Shown: positions 17,771 through 26,799, counted from the stretch's first letter. The stretch is 64,000 nt of DNA from [Eubacterium] saphenum (GCA_945912105.1 CAMEBC010000007.1:19471-83470), one strand, 5' to 3'. The notes: generated by a model not told the origin, from the letters alone. Program-made: numbers and translations.

Positions 17771-18236
17771 CAGGATGAGCAGTGTTTTCCCCTTGGGTGA
17801 TCCCTTCGCGCAGCTCTATGGAATGCAGAACCTGCCGATAGAAAGCTTTGTTCAAAGCATCAAGTTCTTTTCTTAAAGCAGAGATTTGGTCATACAATGC
17901 TTCCGGCGGTTGTAAAACAGCATCGAAAAAGATACGGGCTTCCATCTCATGCTCATTGAAAAATGCCATTCGCACCCGCATATATTTTTCCAGATCATTG
18001 CCGATCTTTGCTTCCTTAAAACAGTTTGTCAAAGCCCGAAAACATTCCGCAACACAGGCAAGGTATAAAGCATCTTTATTTTTAAAATTGTGATAGAGTA
18101 ATCCTTTTGGGATGCCTGCTTCACAAATGGCGTTCAGGGATGCCCCCCGATATCCTTTTGAACCAAATTCCTGCATAGCTTGGTGGAGTATTTTTTTCTT
18201 TGTCAATTCTGTTTTTTCTGCCTTTTTCATGTTCAT
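17643..18236 (-). CDS. TetR/AcrR family transcriptional regulator, C-terminus probably replaced by out-of-frame transporter sequence
   Basis: N-terminal HTH KKKILHQAMQEFGSKGYRGASLNAICEAGIPKGLLYHNFKNKDALY. After ...IELREGITQG the sequence becomes His/Cys/Gly-rich and coincides with the antiporter remnant read in another frame. Confidence 0.6.
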   Translation of the reverse strand: MNMKKAEKTELTKKKILHQAMQEFGSKGYRGASLNAICEAGIPKGLLYHNFKNKDALYLACVAECFRALTNCFKEAKIGNDLEKYMRVRMAFFNEHEMEARIFFDAVLQPPEALYDQISALRKELDALNKAFYRQVLHSIELREGITQGENTAHPDGDGHCNSFCRIFVQHIPDALPSSEFHADGHGVFRYLLQHGL

Positions 18237-18244
18237 CCTCCATT

Positions 18245-18262
18245 ATAGACCAACCAGTCTAT
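18245..18262. promoter_or_regulatory. Inverted repeat ATAGAC-N6-GTCTAT (candidate TetR operator)
   Basis: Perfect 6-bp arms at 18245-50 and 18257-62, immediately upstream of the TetR start codon. Confidence 0.35.
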
Positions 18263-18332
18263 TATGATGCAAAGGAAAGGAATAGTCAATCTTATTTTCC
18301 CTTTTCCCAAGACTTTTTGACAAAATTTGTAT

Positions 18333-18370
18333 AAAAAAACAGCATCGTCCACAATCCTGTGAACGATGCC
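18333..18370 (-). terminator. Rho-independent terminator of guaA
   Basis: On the minus strand, GCATCGT pairs with ACGATGC and is followed by T7. Confidence 0.65.
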
Positions 18371-18412
18371 ATTTCTGGTCGTGTTGCTATTTATTTGTTA
18401 TTAGATTCCATT

Positions 18413-19951
18413 TTATTCCCACTCAATGGTTGCGGGTGGCTTGGAAGTGATATCGTAAACGATACGGTTTACGTGTTTCACTTCATTGACGATACGAGTG
18501 GAAACCTTATCCAGTACGTCATAGGGAATACGTGCCCAATCGGCAGTCATAAAGTCTGTTGTTGTCACGCCGCGCAAAGCGATGGTATAGTCATATGTTC
18601 TGAAGTCGCCCATAACACCAACGGAACGAACATCAGTGATAACAGCGAAATACTGGTTGATATCTCTGTCCAAACCGGCTTTTGCGATCTCTTCCCGGAA
18701 GATGGCATCGGCATCCTGCAAAATAGCAACCTTTTCTTCTGTTACTTCACCAATGACACGCACGCCTAAGCCGGGGCCGGGGAAGGGCTGTCTCCATACC
18801 AGATATTCAGGCAGACCCAATTCCAGACCCATCTGGCGCACTTCATCTTTGAACAGCAGACGCAGGGGTTCGATCAGCTCTTCAAAATCAACAACGGAAG
18901 GCAAACCGCCTACGTTGTGGTGGGATTTGATGACTGCGGAATCGCCAAGGCCGCTTTCGATGATATCGGGGTAGATGGTACCCTGTACCAGGAAATCTAC
19001 TTTGCCGATCTTCTTTGCTTCATCTTCGAATACACGGATAAATTCTTCACCAATCAGTTTCCGTTTCTGTTCAGGGTCTGTTACGCCTTTCAATTTGCCA
19101 AGGAAACGTTCCTGAGCGTTTGCTCTTACAAAATGGGAATCGAAATAGCCGTCGAAGATCTGTTCTACTTCGTCGCCTTCGTTTTTACGCATCAGGCCAT
19201 GGTCAACGAATACACAGGTCAGCTGTTTGCCGATGGCTTTGGAAACCAAAGCAGCAACCACACTGGAGTCTACGCCGCCGGACAGGGCGCAAAGTGCCTT
19301 GCCATCGCCTACCTGTTCCCGGATGCGCTTGATCTGGTCTTCGATATAGTTTGTCATGGTCCAGTCGCCCTTGCAGCCGCAGACTTCAAAGAGGAAGTTG
19401 CGGATCATTTCAGAGCCTTTTGGTGTATGGTTTACTTCGGGATGGAACTGAACACCATAGAAGCCCTTTGCTTCACATTCGATGGCAGCTGCAGGGCAGG
19501 TAGGTGTCGTACCGATGACACGGAAGCCTTCGGGCAGTTCGGTTACATAGTCTGTGTGGCTCATCCAGCAGATTTCGTTTGCATCAATGCCTTTTAGCAG
19601 TTTGCTTGTGGTATCGAATTTCACTTCTGCTTTGCCATATTCGCTCAGCTCAGCAGCGTGACCAACCTTGCCGCCCAGCGTGTATGCCATCAGCTGACAG
19701 CCATAGCAGATGCCCAGCACAGGCACGCCCAGTTCAAACAGGGCAGGGTCAACCTTGGGAGAGGCTTCTTCATAAACGCTGTTGGGGCCCCCTGTGAAGA
19801 TGATGCCTTTGGGGTTTTTTGCTTTGATCTCTTCTAAGGATTTTTTCCAGGGCATGATCTCGCAGTATACGTGGTGTTCTCTGACACGGCGGGCGATCAG
19901 CTGGTTATACTGGCCGCCGAAGTCCAGAATGAGGATCATTTCTTGATTCAT
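18413..19951 (-). CDS. guaA: GMP synthase (glutamine-hydrolysing)
   Basis: 512 aa. GATase domain (GICYGCQ, HPE), ATP-PPase loop SGGVDSSV, and the C-terminal dimerisation domain ending PPATIEWE. Confidence 0.95.
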   Translation of the reverse strand: MNQEMILILDFGGQYNQLIARRVREHHVYCEIMPWKKSLEEIKAKNPKGIIFTGGPNSVYEEASPKVDPALFELGVPVLGICYGCQLMAYTLGGKVGHAAELSEYGKAEVKFDTTSKLLKGIDANEICWMSHTDYVTELPEGFRVIGTTPTCPAAAIECEAKGFYGVQFHPEVNHTPKGSEMIRNFLFEVCGCKGDWTMTNYIEDQIKRIREQVGDGKALCALSGGVDSSVVAALVSKAIGKQLTCVFVDHGLMRKNEGDEVEQIFDGYFDSHFVRANAQERFLGKLKGVTDPEQKRKLIGEEFIRVFEDEAKKIGKVDFLVQGTIYPDIIESGLGDSAVIKSHHNVGGLPSVVDFEELIEPLRLLFKDEVRQMGLELGLPEYLVWRQPFPGPGLGVRVIGEVTEEKVAILQDADAIFREEIAKAGLDRDINQYFAVITDVRSVGVMGDFRTYDYTIALRGVTTTDFMTADWARIPYDVLDKVSTRIVNEVKHVNRIVYDITSKPPATIEWE

Positions 19952-19982
19952 CGTATCCCTCCATTTGAATATCTTTTGTTTG

Positions 19983-20016
19983 AAAAATAGGAAAACCGTC
20001 GGTCAGGCCGACGGTT
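19983..20016 (-). terminator. Terminator-like hairpin inside the guaA leader
   Basis: On the minus strand, AACCGTCGG-cctga-CCGACGGTT is followed by TTTTCCTATTTTT. It lies ~30 nt upstream of the guaA RBS and downstream of the predicted promoter. Confidence 0.5.
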
Positions 20017-20039
20017 CGTCTGTCATCTTTACTTTATTA

Positions 20040-20068
20040 ATTTTAGCATAGGCGCAGTGGATTGACAA
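20040..20068 (-). promoter_or_regulatory. Sigma-A-type promoter for guaA (TTGTCA-17 nt-TAAAAT)
   Basis: Minus-strand -35 at 20068-20063 and -10 at 20045-20040. Confidence 0.45.
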
Positions 20069-20258
20069 GAGAAAACGTCGAGTTTAAGAGTATTTTTCCA
20101 TGGAAAAGGCTAAAATATTTCAGGAAAAAGTTATATTTTCATATGAAAAAATAGTTCTTTTGCATCAGTAAGAAAAAAGGGTATCTTGCGGATTTTGGGA
20201 AAAACAAGTATACTTTATTTGGTTATATTTTTTTTTATCAAAAGGAGGAGAGAATGTT

Positions 20259-21596
20259 TTGAGTTTTATTGAAAAAAGCTTTAAATTAAAGGAAAACAAA
20301 ACAACGTTGAAAACCGAGATCATGGCTGGTGTAACGACATTTATGACCATGGCGTACATTCTGGTGGTGAATCCCAGCATCCTGTCCGTCACAGGTATGG
20401 ACTATGGTGCATTGCTGACGGCAACTTGTATCGCATCTGCTCTGGGTACTTTCTTTATGGCGTTCTTTGCCAACTATCCTTTTGTTTTGGCTCCCGGTAT
20501 GGGGCTGAATGCCTACTTTGCGTATACGATCTGTGCCCAGTATGGGTATGGATGGGAAGTGGCTCTGGCTGCTGTATTTGTGGAAGGTATCATCTTTATC
20601 ATACTTTCTGCGGTCAATGTGCGTGAAGCTATCTTCAATGCGATCCCTGTAAACATGAAAAAAGCGGTCAGCGTGGGGATCGGTATGTTTATCGCCTTTA
20701 TCGGTCTGCAGAATGCAGGCGTTATTGTAAACAATCCAGCTACCTGTGTCAGTCTTGGCAACGTAAGATCCGTATCTGTTGCACTGGCACTGATCGGCAC
20801 GGTCATCACACTGGTACTGGTCATCAGAAAGGTAAAAGGGGCGCTCTTGCTGGGTATCCTGATTACATGGCTTTTGGGTATCGTCTGCCAGCTGAGCGGC
20901 ATCTATGTGGTAGATATCGAAGCAGGGGCATATTCTCTGATCCCCACAGGCGTCGTTTCTGCACCTCCCAGCATCATGCCCATTGCAGGCAAGCTGAGCT
21001 TCTCCGGTATTTCTATTTTTGATTTTATCGTGGGGATCTTTGCATTCCTGTTCGTTGACCTGTTTGATACACTGGGCACATTGATCGGTGTATCCACAAA
21101 AGCAGGCTTTTTGGATCAGGACGGCAAACTGCCCAGGATCAAAGGCGCACTGTTTGCCGATGCTTTGGCAACAACCATTGGTGCAGTTTTGGGTACATCC
21201 ACAGTAACTACGTTCGTGGAATCTGCCTCCGGTGTTTCCGACGGCGGCAGAACCGGTCTGACGGCTTTTACAGCAGGTATCCTGTTTCTGGTGGCACTGC
21301 TGTTCTCTCCTATCCTGACAACGATTCCTTCCTTTGCAACAACGCCTGCCCTGGTCGTTGTTGGTCTGATGATGGCAGAAAATGTGAGAGATATCGACTT
21401 TTCTGATTATACAGAAGGTTTCCCTGCATTTATGACGATCCTGATGATGGTTGTATGCTACAGCATCTCCGAAGGTCTGGTATTCGGTGTTATCTCCTAT
21501 GTCCTGCTGAAAGTATTCAGCGGCAGAAAGAGCGAATTGAACCCCGTGATCGTTATTATCGCTTTCCTGTTCTTCCTGAAGCTGATTCTTGGCTGA
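20259..21596 (+). CDS. NCS2 family permease (AzgA/PbuG-type adenine/guanine/hypoxanthine permease)
   Basis: 445 aa. TTG start 10 nt after GGAGG. N-terminus KENKTTLKTEIMAGVTTFMTMAYILVVNP is typical of AzgA-like purine permeases. Multiple TM segments. Confidence 0.85.
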   Translation: MSFIEKSFKLKENKTTLKTEIMAGVTTFMTMAYILVVNPSILSVTGMDYGALLTATCIASALGTFFMAFFANYPFVLAPGMGLNAYFAYTICAQYGYGWEVALAAVFVEGIIFIILSAVNVREAIFNAIPVNMKKAVSVGIGMFIAFIGLQNAGVIVNNPATCVSLGNVRSVSVALALIGTVITLVLVIRKVKGALLLGILITWLLGIVCQLSGIYVVDIEAGAYSLIPTGVVSAPPSIMPIAGKLSFSGISIFDFIVGIFAFLFVDLFDTLGTLIGVSTKAGFLDQDGKLPRIKGALFADALATTIGAVLGTSTVTTFVESASGVSDGGRTGLTAFTAGILFLVALLFSPILTTIPSFATTPALVVVGLMMAENVRDIDFSDYTEGFPAFMTILMMVVCYSISEGLVFGVISYVLLKVFSGRKSELNPVIVIIAFLFFLKLILG

Positions 21597-21605
21597 CCGC
21601 ACTGC

Positions 21606-21633
21606 TTGCATTTGAGGGGGAAAGTGTTATAAT
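21606..21633 (+). promoter_or_regulatory. Sigma-A-type promoter (TTGCAT-16 nt-TGtTATAAT)
   Basis: -35 at 21606-11 and an extended -10 at 21625-33, upstream of pfk. Confidence 0.45.
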
Positions 21634-21684
21634 GATAGGAAACAAACAAGGGGTATCCCTTTGGGGTAAGAAAGGAAGTTTACT

Positions 21685-22908
21685 ATGAAAAATCTTTTGG
21701 TTGCACAGTCCGGCGGCCCTTCCGCAGCCATCAATGCTACTTTGGTGGGCGTTGTGGAAAAAGGGCTTTCAGATAAAAATATCGGCAAGATCTATGGTGC
21801 GAAAAACGGCATCATGGGGATCCTGACGGATAAACTGATCGAACTGAACGACAAACTGGCAGACCCTGAAACGCTGCAGCTTTTGTGTCAGACACCGTCT
21901 TCTGCACTGGGCTCCTGCCGTATGAAGCTGTCCCATTGGGAAGAAAGTACCTTTGAATATGACAAGATCATCAAGATCTTCCGGAAATATGATATCGGTT
22001 ATTTCGTTTATATCGGCGGCAACGATTCTATGGATACCGTTCATAAACTGGCTGGATTCTGTGAACGGATGCATATTGATGATATTAAGATCATCGGTGC
22101 CCCCAAGACCATCGATAACGATCTGATGGAGACAGACCATTGCCCCGGTTTTGGTTCCGCGGCAAAATATGTGGCGACTACCATGTCCGAAATCTCCTGT
22201 GACTGTAACGTATACGCACAGCCCTCTATCACCATCGTTGAGATCATGGGCAGAGATGCAGGCTGGCTGACAGCGGCATCCGCTTTGGGCAGACTGAATG
22301 GTGATTCCGCTCCTGATCTGATTTATCTGTGTGAAAGACCCTTCTGTGTGGATCAGTTCCTGGATGATGTCAGAGAAAAAATGGCGGAAAAACATTCCAT
22401 CATCATCGCAGTCAGCGAAGGTCTCAAAAACGAAGAGGGCGATTATGTGACAGATAGTCTGTCTGACCGGGCGGCAGATGCCTTTGGTCACAAGATTCTG
22501 GCTGGCGCATCCCGTTATCTGGAAGAGATCCTGCGTTTTGAGATCGGCTGTAAGGTAAGAAGCATCGAGCTGAACGTAATGCAGCGCTGTGCTTCCCATG
22601 TGGCTTCCGCATCTGATATTTATGAAGCAAGAATGATCGGTGCCGCTGCTGCAGATTATGCAATTTCCGGCGGTACAGGCAAAATGGCCTGCCTCCGCAG
22701 AATTTCTACAAAACCGTATCGCTTTGAAATCGATTTTGTAGAGATCGAAAAGATCGCAAATCAGGTAAAAACCGTACCGGATGCATGGATCAACGAAGCC
22801 GGCAACGATGTGACACAGGAAATGATCGATTATCTGCTTCCTCTGATTCAGGGGGAACTGCCCTGCACATATAAAAATGGTGTTCCTGTTCATCTGAGAT
22901 TATATTGA
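21685..22908 (+). CDS. 6-phosphofructokinase (long, PPi/ATP-dependent PFK family)
   Basis: 407 aa. SGGPSAAINA, IGGNDS, PKTIDNDL and MGRDAGWL motifs. Confidence 0.85.
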   Translation: MKNLLVAQSGGPSAAINATLVGVVEKGLSDKNIGKIYGAKNGIMGILTDKLIELNDKLADPETLQLLCQTPSSALGSCRMKLSHWEESTFEYDKIIKIFRKYDIGYFVYIGGNDSMDTVHKLAGFCERMHIDDIKIIGAPKTIDNDLMETDHCPGFGSAAKYVATTMSEISCDCNVYAQPSITIVEIMGRDAGWLTAASALGRLNGDSAPDLIYLCERPFCVDQFLDDVREKMAEKHSIIIAVSEGLKNEEGDYVTDSLSDRAADAFGHKILAGASRYLEEILRFEIGCKVRSIELNVMQRCASHVASASDIYEARMIGAAAADYAISGGTGKMACLRRISTKPYRFEIDFVEIEKIANQVKTVPDAWINEAGNDVTQEMIDYLLPLIQGELPCTYKNGVPVHLRLY

Positions 22909-22954
22909 TATAGGAAAGAAAAATCTGCTGATGGGATTTTCTGCCCGTCAGACT

Positions 22955-22985
22955 TAGCCTTAGGCCTTTGGTCTAAGGCTTTTTT
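22955..22985 (+). terminator. Rho-independent terminator of pfk
   Basis: AGCCTTAG pairs with CTAAGGCT, followed by T5. The stem arms are identical to those of the gap terminator at 52771-52806. Confidence 0.7.
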
Positions 22986-23039
22986 ACGATGGTATAAAAG
23001 TCATTTTTCCTGTCCATACTCTTTCCAAGAGGTGGTAAT

Positions 23040-23582
23040 ATGCGAAAAGCAATAGCGTTGGCAGTTCTGTCCAGCTTTTTGCTCTGTTTGCTGGCTGGGT
23101 ATTATATTTCCCTGTGGATGGGGGAACGGGACAAGCAGATGGCAGCCGGGGCAGAAAGCCTGGATGTTCTGCAAACCCCAAAAGAGATCAATGCACAGAC
23201 GAAGATGATCTATCAATATTTTTATACCAGCGACCGTGTGACAAAGGAGCAGATCGAGCCTGCCCCCGATTTTCTTCAGGGCTTGAATCTGGAACAGCTG
23301 AAAAGTGTCTATAATGGCTGGCAGGTGGTTTTGTTTTCCCCCGAACGGGTGATTCTGCGCTGTAGCATAGACGGGCTGAGCAGCGAATCCTTTATCCTTG
23401 GAGAGGATGAGGGCTATCTGGCAATCTTTTATGAGGATGGGAATAAAGCAGTCCGCTTGAAAGAGCGGACGGATGTGCCCCTTTCTGCGCTGCCGGATGG
23501 GGAGGCACAACAAATCAGAGAAGGATTGCGGGTCACAGGGGAAGAAAATCTGGCGAAGCTTTTGGCGGATTATATGAGCTGA
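23040..23582 (+). CDS. Membrane-anchored protein with BofC-like C-terminal domain (sporulation-related?)
   Basis: 180 aa. N-terminal TM segment. The C-terminal GYLAIFYEDGN...LSALPDGEAQQIREGLRV...LLADYMS follows the BofC C-domain pattern, from memory. Confidence 0.45.
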   Translation: MRKAIALAVLSSFLLCLLAGYYISLWMGERDKQMAAGAESLDVLQTPKEINAQTKMIYQYFYTSDRVTKEQIEPAPDFLQGLNLEQLKSVYNGWQVVLFSPERVILRCSIDGLSSESFILGEDEGYLAIFYEDGNKAVRLKERTDVPLSALPDGEAQQIREGLRVTGEENLAKLLADYMS

Positions 23583-23649
23583 TTGTTTAGGAGGAATCCG
23601 TCTAGTCGGTTTCGTATTGCAGTAAATACAATCTGTCATGACTTTTTGC

Positions 23650-23678
23650 TGGACATTTTTCATCCCACGTGCTATAAT
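23650..23678 (+). promoter_or_regulatory. Strong sigma-A-type promoter (TGGACA-17 nt-TGcTATAAT) with no ORF behind it
   Basis: -35 at 23650-55 and an extended -10 at 23670-78. Confidence 0.45.
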
Positions 23679-23684
23679 AAGCTC

Positions 23685-23796
23685 GTGAAAACTCCCCAAT
23701 ATTTTCACTAACTTTGTGGCATTTTTGCCACGCAAACCCAATAAGAAATACCTTCTCTTTTTGAAGAAGAGCAGCCATCGGCAGGCTGCTCTTTTT
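23685..23796 (+). ncRNA. Candidate small RNA (~110 nt) bounded by a promoter and a terminator
   Basis: Predicted TSS near 23685. Internal hairpin GTGGCAtttttGCCAC. Terminator AAGAGCAGCC-atcggca-GGCTGCTCTT plus T-run at 23767-23796. No ORF with an RBS. Confidence 0.3.
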
Positions 23797-23837
23797 CATT
23801 TCGCAAAAAATATGATTTTGTTGAAGAAACGAAGAAA

Positions 23838-23867
23838 TTGACATGGTATCCATTCACAGATTATAAT
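23838..23867 (+). promoter_or_regulatory. Sigma-A-type promoter (TTGACA-18 nt-TATAAT) for the GH13 gene
   Basis: -35 at 23838-43 and -10 at 23862-67. Confidence 0.45.
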
Positions 23868-23907
23868 AGAAAAAATCAATCAATTTAGGACCAAGGTGGT
23901 GTAATTT

Positions 23908-25959
23908 ATGCCAGAGAACATTTCATCGGGCTTATCAATGACCGAGGACGATTTCCGCGTTCAGGCCATATATAGTGATGAAACAAAACAATTCCGCTCT
24001 CCCGCAGAGCCTTTGTCCACCGATGAAGTGGAAATTTCCATTCGTGTGGGCAAGGGGACATTTTCTGCTGTATTTCTATGCACAGCGGAAAGGGAATACC
24101 TGATGGAAGAAGTGGAGGAAGATGGAATTTTTGAATATTTCAAAACGACTCTACCTCCTGCAAAAGAGAAAACGACCTATTATTTTCGTCTGCAAAATGG
24201 CGATGAAGTTGGATTCTATACAAAATATGGGTATTTTGATGAATTTAAAAACGAAGGGGAATTTCAGATCATCCGCGATTACCAGACTCCTGATTGGGCG
24301 AAGGGTGCAGTCATGTATCAGATCTATCCCGACCGTTTCTGCAATGGTGATCCTTCCAATGATGTCAAGACTAATGAATATGTTTACCTGAAACGTATGG
24401 TGGAACAGGTGAAAAATTGGGATGCCCTCCCTTCGGCTACAGATGTGAACCATTTTTATGGCGGTGACCTGCAGGGTGTCATCGATAAGCTGGATTACTT
24501 GAAAGATCTGGGGGTAGAAGTGATCTATTTCAACCCGATCTTCGTTTCCCCAAGCAATCATAAATACGATGCGCAGGATTATCATCATATCGATCCCCAT
24601 TTGGGCAAGATCGTCGTTGATGGCGGTAAAGTACTGAACAACTGCGCCACAAGCAATGTGGGGGCGACTATGTACGCCACAAGAACCACAAGAGAAGAAA
24701 ACCTAACTGCTTCGGACAAGCTCTTTGCGGAGCTGGTGGAAAAAGCCCACGAAAAAGGCATCCGTGTACTTGTGGATGGTGTATTCAATCATTGCGGTGC
24801 CTTCCATAAATGGCTGGACAGAGAAGGCTTTTATAAAGGAACGGGAAAGGGTGCTTACCACTATAAGGACAGCCCTTATCATGATTATTTCTATTGGAAT
24901 GAAGATGGCACCTACGAAGGCTGGTGGGGCTATGAAAACCATCCGAAGCTGAATGAAGAGGGCTGCGAAGAACTGAAAAAAGAAATTCTGGAAATCGGCA
25001 AAAAATGGGTATCTCCGCCGTTTAACGTGGATGGGTGGCGGCTGGACGTTGCCGCAGACTTAGGGAAAACGCCTGAATTCAATCATAAATTTTGGGCGGA
25101 ATTTCGGGATGTCATCAAAGGGGTTTCCCCGGATAAGTTCATCCTTGCGGAGCATTATGGCGATGCCGCAAGCTGGCTGCAGGGAGATCAGTGGGATTCC
25201 ATTATGAATTACGACGCTTTCATGGAGCCTGTCACATGGTTCCTGACAGGGGTTTCCAAGCACAGCACAGAAAAACGGGATGATATGTATAATAATGCGG
25301 ATGTGTTCTGGTGTACGATGATCTATCAAATGGGCAAGCTGCCTTCTCAGGCCATTGCAACGGCGATGAATGAGCTTTCTAATCACGACCATTCCCGTTT
25401 CCTGACCAGAACCAACCGCCGTATCGGCAGATTGCAGACAGAAAACTCCGGAGATGCATCCGACGGGATCGATCCCGCAGTGATGCGGGAAGCCGTTCTT
25501 CTGCAAATGACATGGAATGGGGCACCTACGGTATATTATGGGGATGAAGCAGGTCTGGTGGGCTGGACAGACCCCGATAACCGCCGTACCTATCCCTGGG
25601 GCAGGGAAGATCACGAGATGATCGCATTCCATAAAGAAGCTATTTATTTGAGAAAGGAAAATCCTGTCCTGCGCCATGGCTCCTTGAAGCATCTCTATGG
25701 GGATTATGGCGTGATCGCCTATGGCCGCTTCGACAGAGAAGATAAATTCCTCGTTGCTCTGAATAATACAGAAGAAAGCAAGCAAATTTCTGTTCCCGTT
25801 TGGCAGATCGGTATGAAAGCCGATGGTTCTCTGGAAAACTGTTTGATGACCAATCGGGATGGCTTTACGGTTTTTGGGTTCCAGTGCCCTGTAAAAAATG
25901 GCTTGGCGGAACTGACGCTGCCTCCTAAGAGTGCAGCAGTATTGAAGGAAGTGGAATAA
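23908..25959 (+). CDS. Glycoside hydrolase family 13 enzyme (neopullulanase/cyclomaltodextrinase-like alpha-glycosidase)
   Basis: 683 aa. GH13 regions DGVFNHCG, GWRLDVA, AEHYGD and NHDHSRF, plus GGDLQG and an N-terminal accessory domain. Confidence 0.85.
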   Translation: MPENISSGLSMTEDDFRVQAIYSDETKQFRSPAEPLSTDEVEISIRVGKGTFSAVFLCTAEREYLMEEVEEDGIFEYFKTTLPPAKEKTTYYFRLQNGDEVGFYTKYGYFDEFKNEGEFQIIRDYQTPDWAKGAVMYQIYPDRFCNGDPSNDVKTNEYVYLKRMVEQVKNWDALPSATDVNHFYGGDLQGVIDKLDYLKDLGVEVIYFNPIFVSPSNHKYDAQDYHHIDPHLGKIVVDGGKVLNNCATSNVGATMYATRTTREENLTASDKLFAELVEKAHEKGIRVLVDGVFNHCGAFHKWLDREGFYKGTGKGAYHYKDSPYHDYFYWNEDGTYEGWWGYENHPKLNEEGCEELKKEILEIGKKWVSPPFNVDGWRLDVAADLGKTPEFNHKFWAEFRDVIKGVSPDKFILAEHYGDAASWLQGDQWDSIMNYDAFMEPVTWFLTGVSKHSTEKRDDMYNNADVFWCTMIYQMGKLPSQAIATAMNELSNHDHSRFLTRTNRRIGRLQTENSGDASDGIDPAVMREAVLLQMTWNGAPTVYYGDEAGLVGWTDPDNRRTYPWGREDHEMIAFHKEAIYLRKENPVLRHGSLKHLYGDYGVIAYGRFDREDKFLVALNNTEESKQISVPVWQIGMKADGSLENCLMTNRDGFTVFGFQCPVKNGLAELTLPPKSAAVLKEVE

Positions 25960-25960
25960 A

Positions 25961-26620
25961 ATGAACATCCTTTTTGAAGATGCGTATATACTGGCGGCAG
26001 TGAAACCCCAGGGGATGCCTTCCCAGGCGGATAAGACCGGCGATCCCGATCTGCTTTCCGAACTGGAAGCCTATGCGAAACAGCCCCTTGGCTTGCTCCA
26101 TCGTCTGGACAGGCCTGTGGGCGGTGTAATGCTTTTCGCAAAAACAAAGGCAGCCGAAGCTATCCTTGCCAAGGATTTACAGGAAAACAGATTAAACAAA
26201 CGATATTTGACGGTTCTCTGTGGGAAATTGCCTGCAGAACAGGGAACATTGGAAGATTATCTCCTGAAAAATGCCCGCACGAACCTTTCTGAAGTCGTCT
26301 CCAAAGACAGAAAAGGAGCCAAAAAAGCAATCCTGCACTATAAGCGGATTGCGGAGAAGGAAACGGATATGGGCTGGCTGACACTGGCGGAGATCAAGCT
26401 GGAAACAGGCAGACACCATCAGATCCGTGTGCAGACCTCCCACGCTGGCTTTCCCATCTGGGGAGACAGGAAATATCATAAAAATTTCTCCAAAAGGGGA
26501 AAAACGGACATCGCCCTTTGGTCTTACAAATTAGAAGGACTGCATCCCAAAACGAAAGAACCCTTTACCTTCGTTGCAAAACCCGAAAAAGAGCCTTTCT
26601 CCCTCTTTTTGGAAGATTGA
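25961..26620 (+). CDS. RluA family pseudouridine synthase (short form, no S4 domain)
   Basis: 219 aa starting 2 nt after the GH13 stop. HRLDRPVGGVMLFAKT and GRHHQIRVQ motifs. Confidence 0.8.
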   Translation: MNILFEDAYILAAVKPQGMPSQADKTGDPDLLSELEAYAKQPLGLLHRLDRPVGGVMLFAKTKAAEAILAKDLQENRLNKRYLTVLCGKLPAEQGTLEDYLLKNARTNLSEVVSKDRKGAKKAILHYKRIAEKETDMGWLTLAEIKLETGRHHQIRVQTSHAGFPIWGDRKYHKNFSKRGKTDIALWSYKLEGLHPKTKEPFTFVAKPEKEPFSLFLED

Positions 26621-26746
26621 AAGGAATTGTAAGAAATCGGCATCAAGTATCCTTTGCATTTTCCGGCATGATGGGATATAATATGAAATTGTATAGAAAT
26701 TACGAAAATAAGAGAACGATTTCGTTCTTTTATTTTCTCTTATAAA

Positions 26747-26773
26747 TTAGCAATCACAACTTTGATTGGCTAA
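26747..26773. promoter_or_regulatory. Imperfect inverted repeat TTAGCAATCA-N6-TGATTGGCTAA (CIRCE-resembling operator candidate) upstream of clpC
   Basis: 10-bp arms with one extra G in the right arm. The outer TTAGCA/GCTAA matches the outer bases of CIRCE. A TATAAA -10-like hexamer at 26741-46 abuts it. Confidence 0.3.
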
Positions 26774-26799
26774 CAAACCGACTGAGGAAGGTGAAAGAA

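Noticed and set aside
20069-20258. Expected a purine riboswitch upstream of the purine permease, or of guaA.
   Set aside because: The permease leader after the TTGCGG-17 nt-TATACT promoter is only ~40 nt. Neither strand shows the conserved purine-aptamer core. The guaA leader is also too short.
23602-23853. 83-aa minus-strand ORF in the BofC-like/GH13 intergenic region.
   Set aside because: It has no RBS and an odd composition. It overlaps a plus-strand promoter-terminator unit and the GH13 promoter, so it is more likely non-coding.
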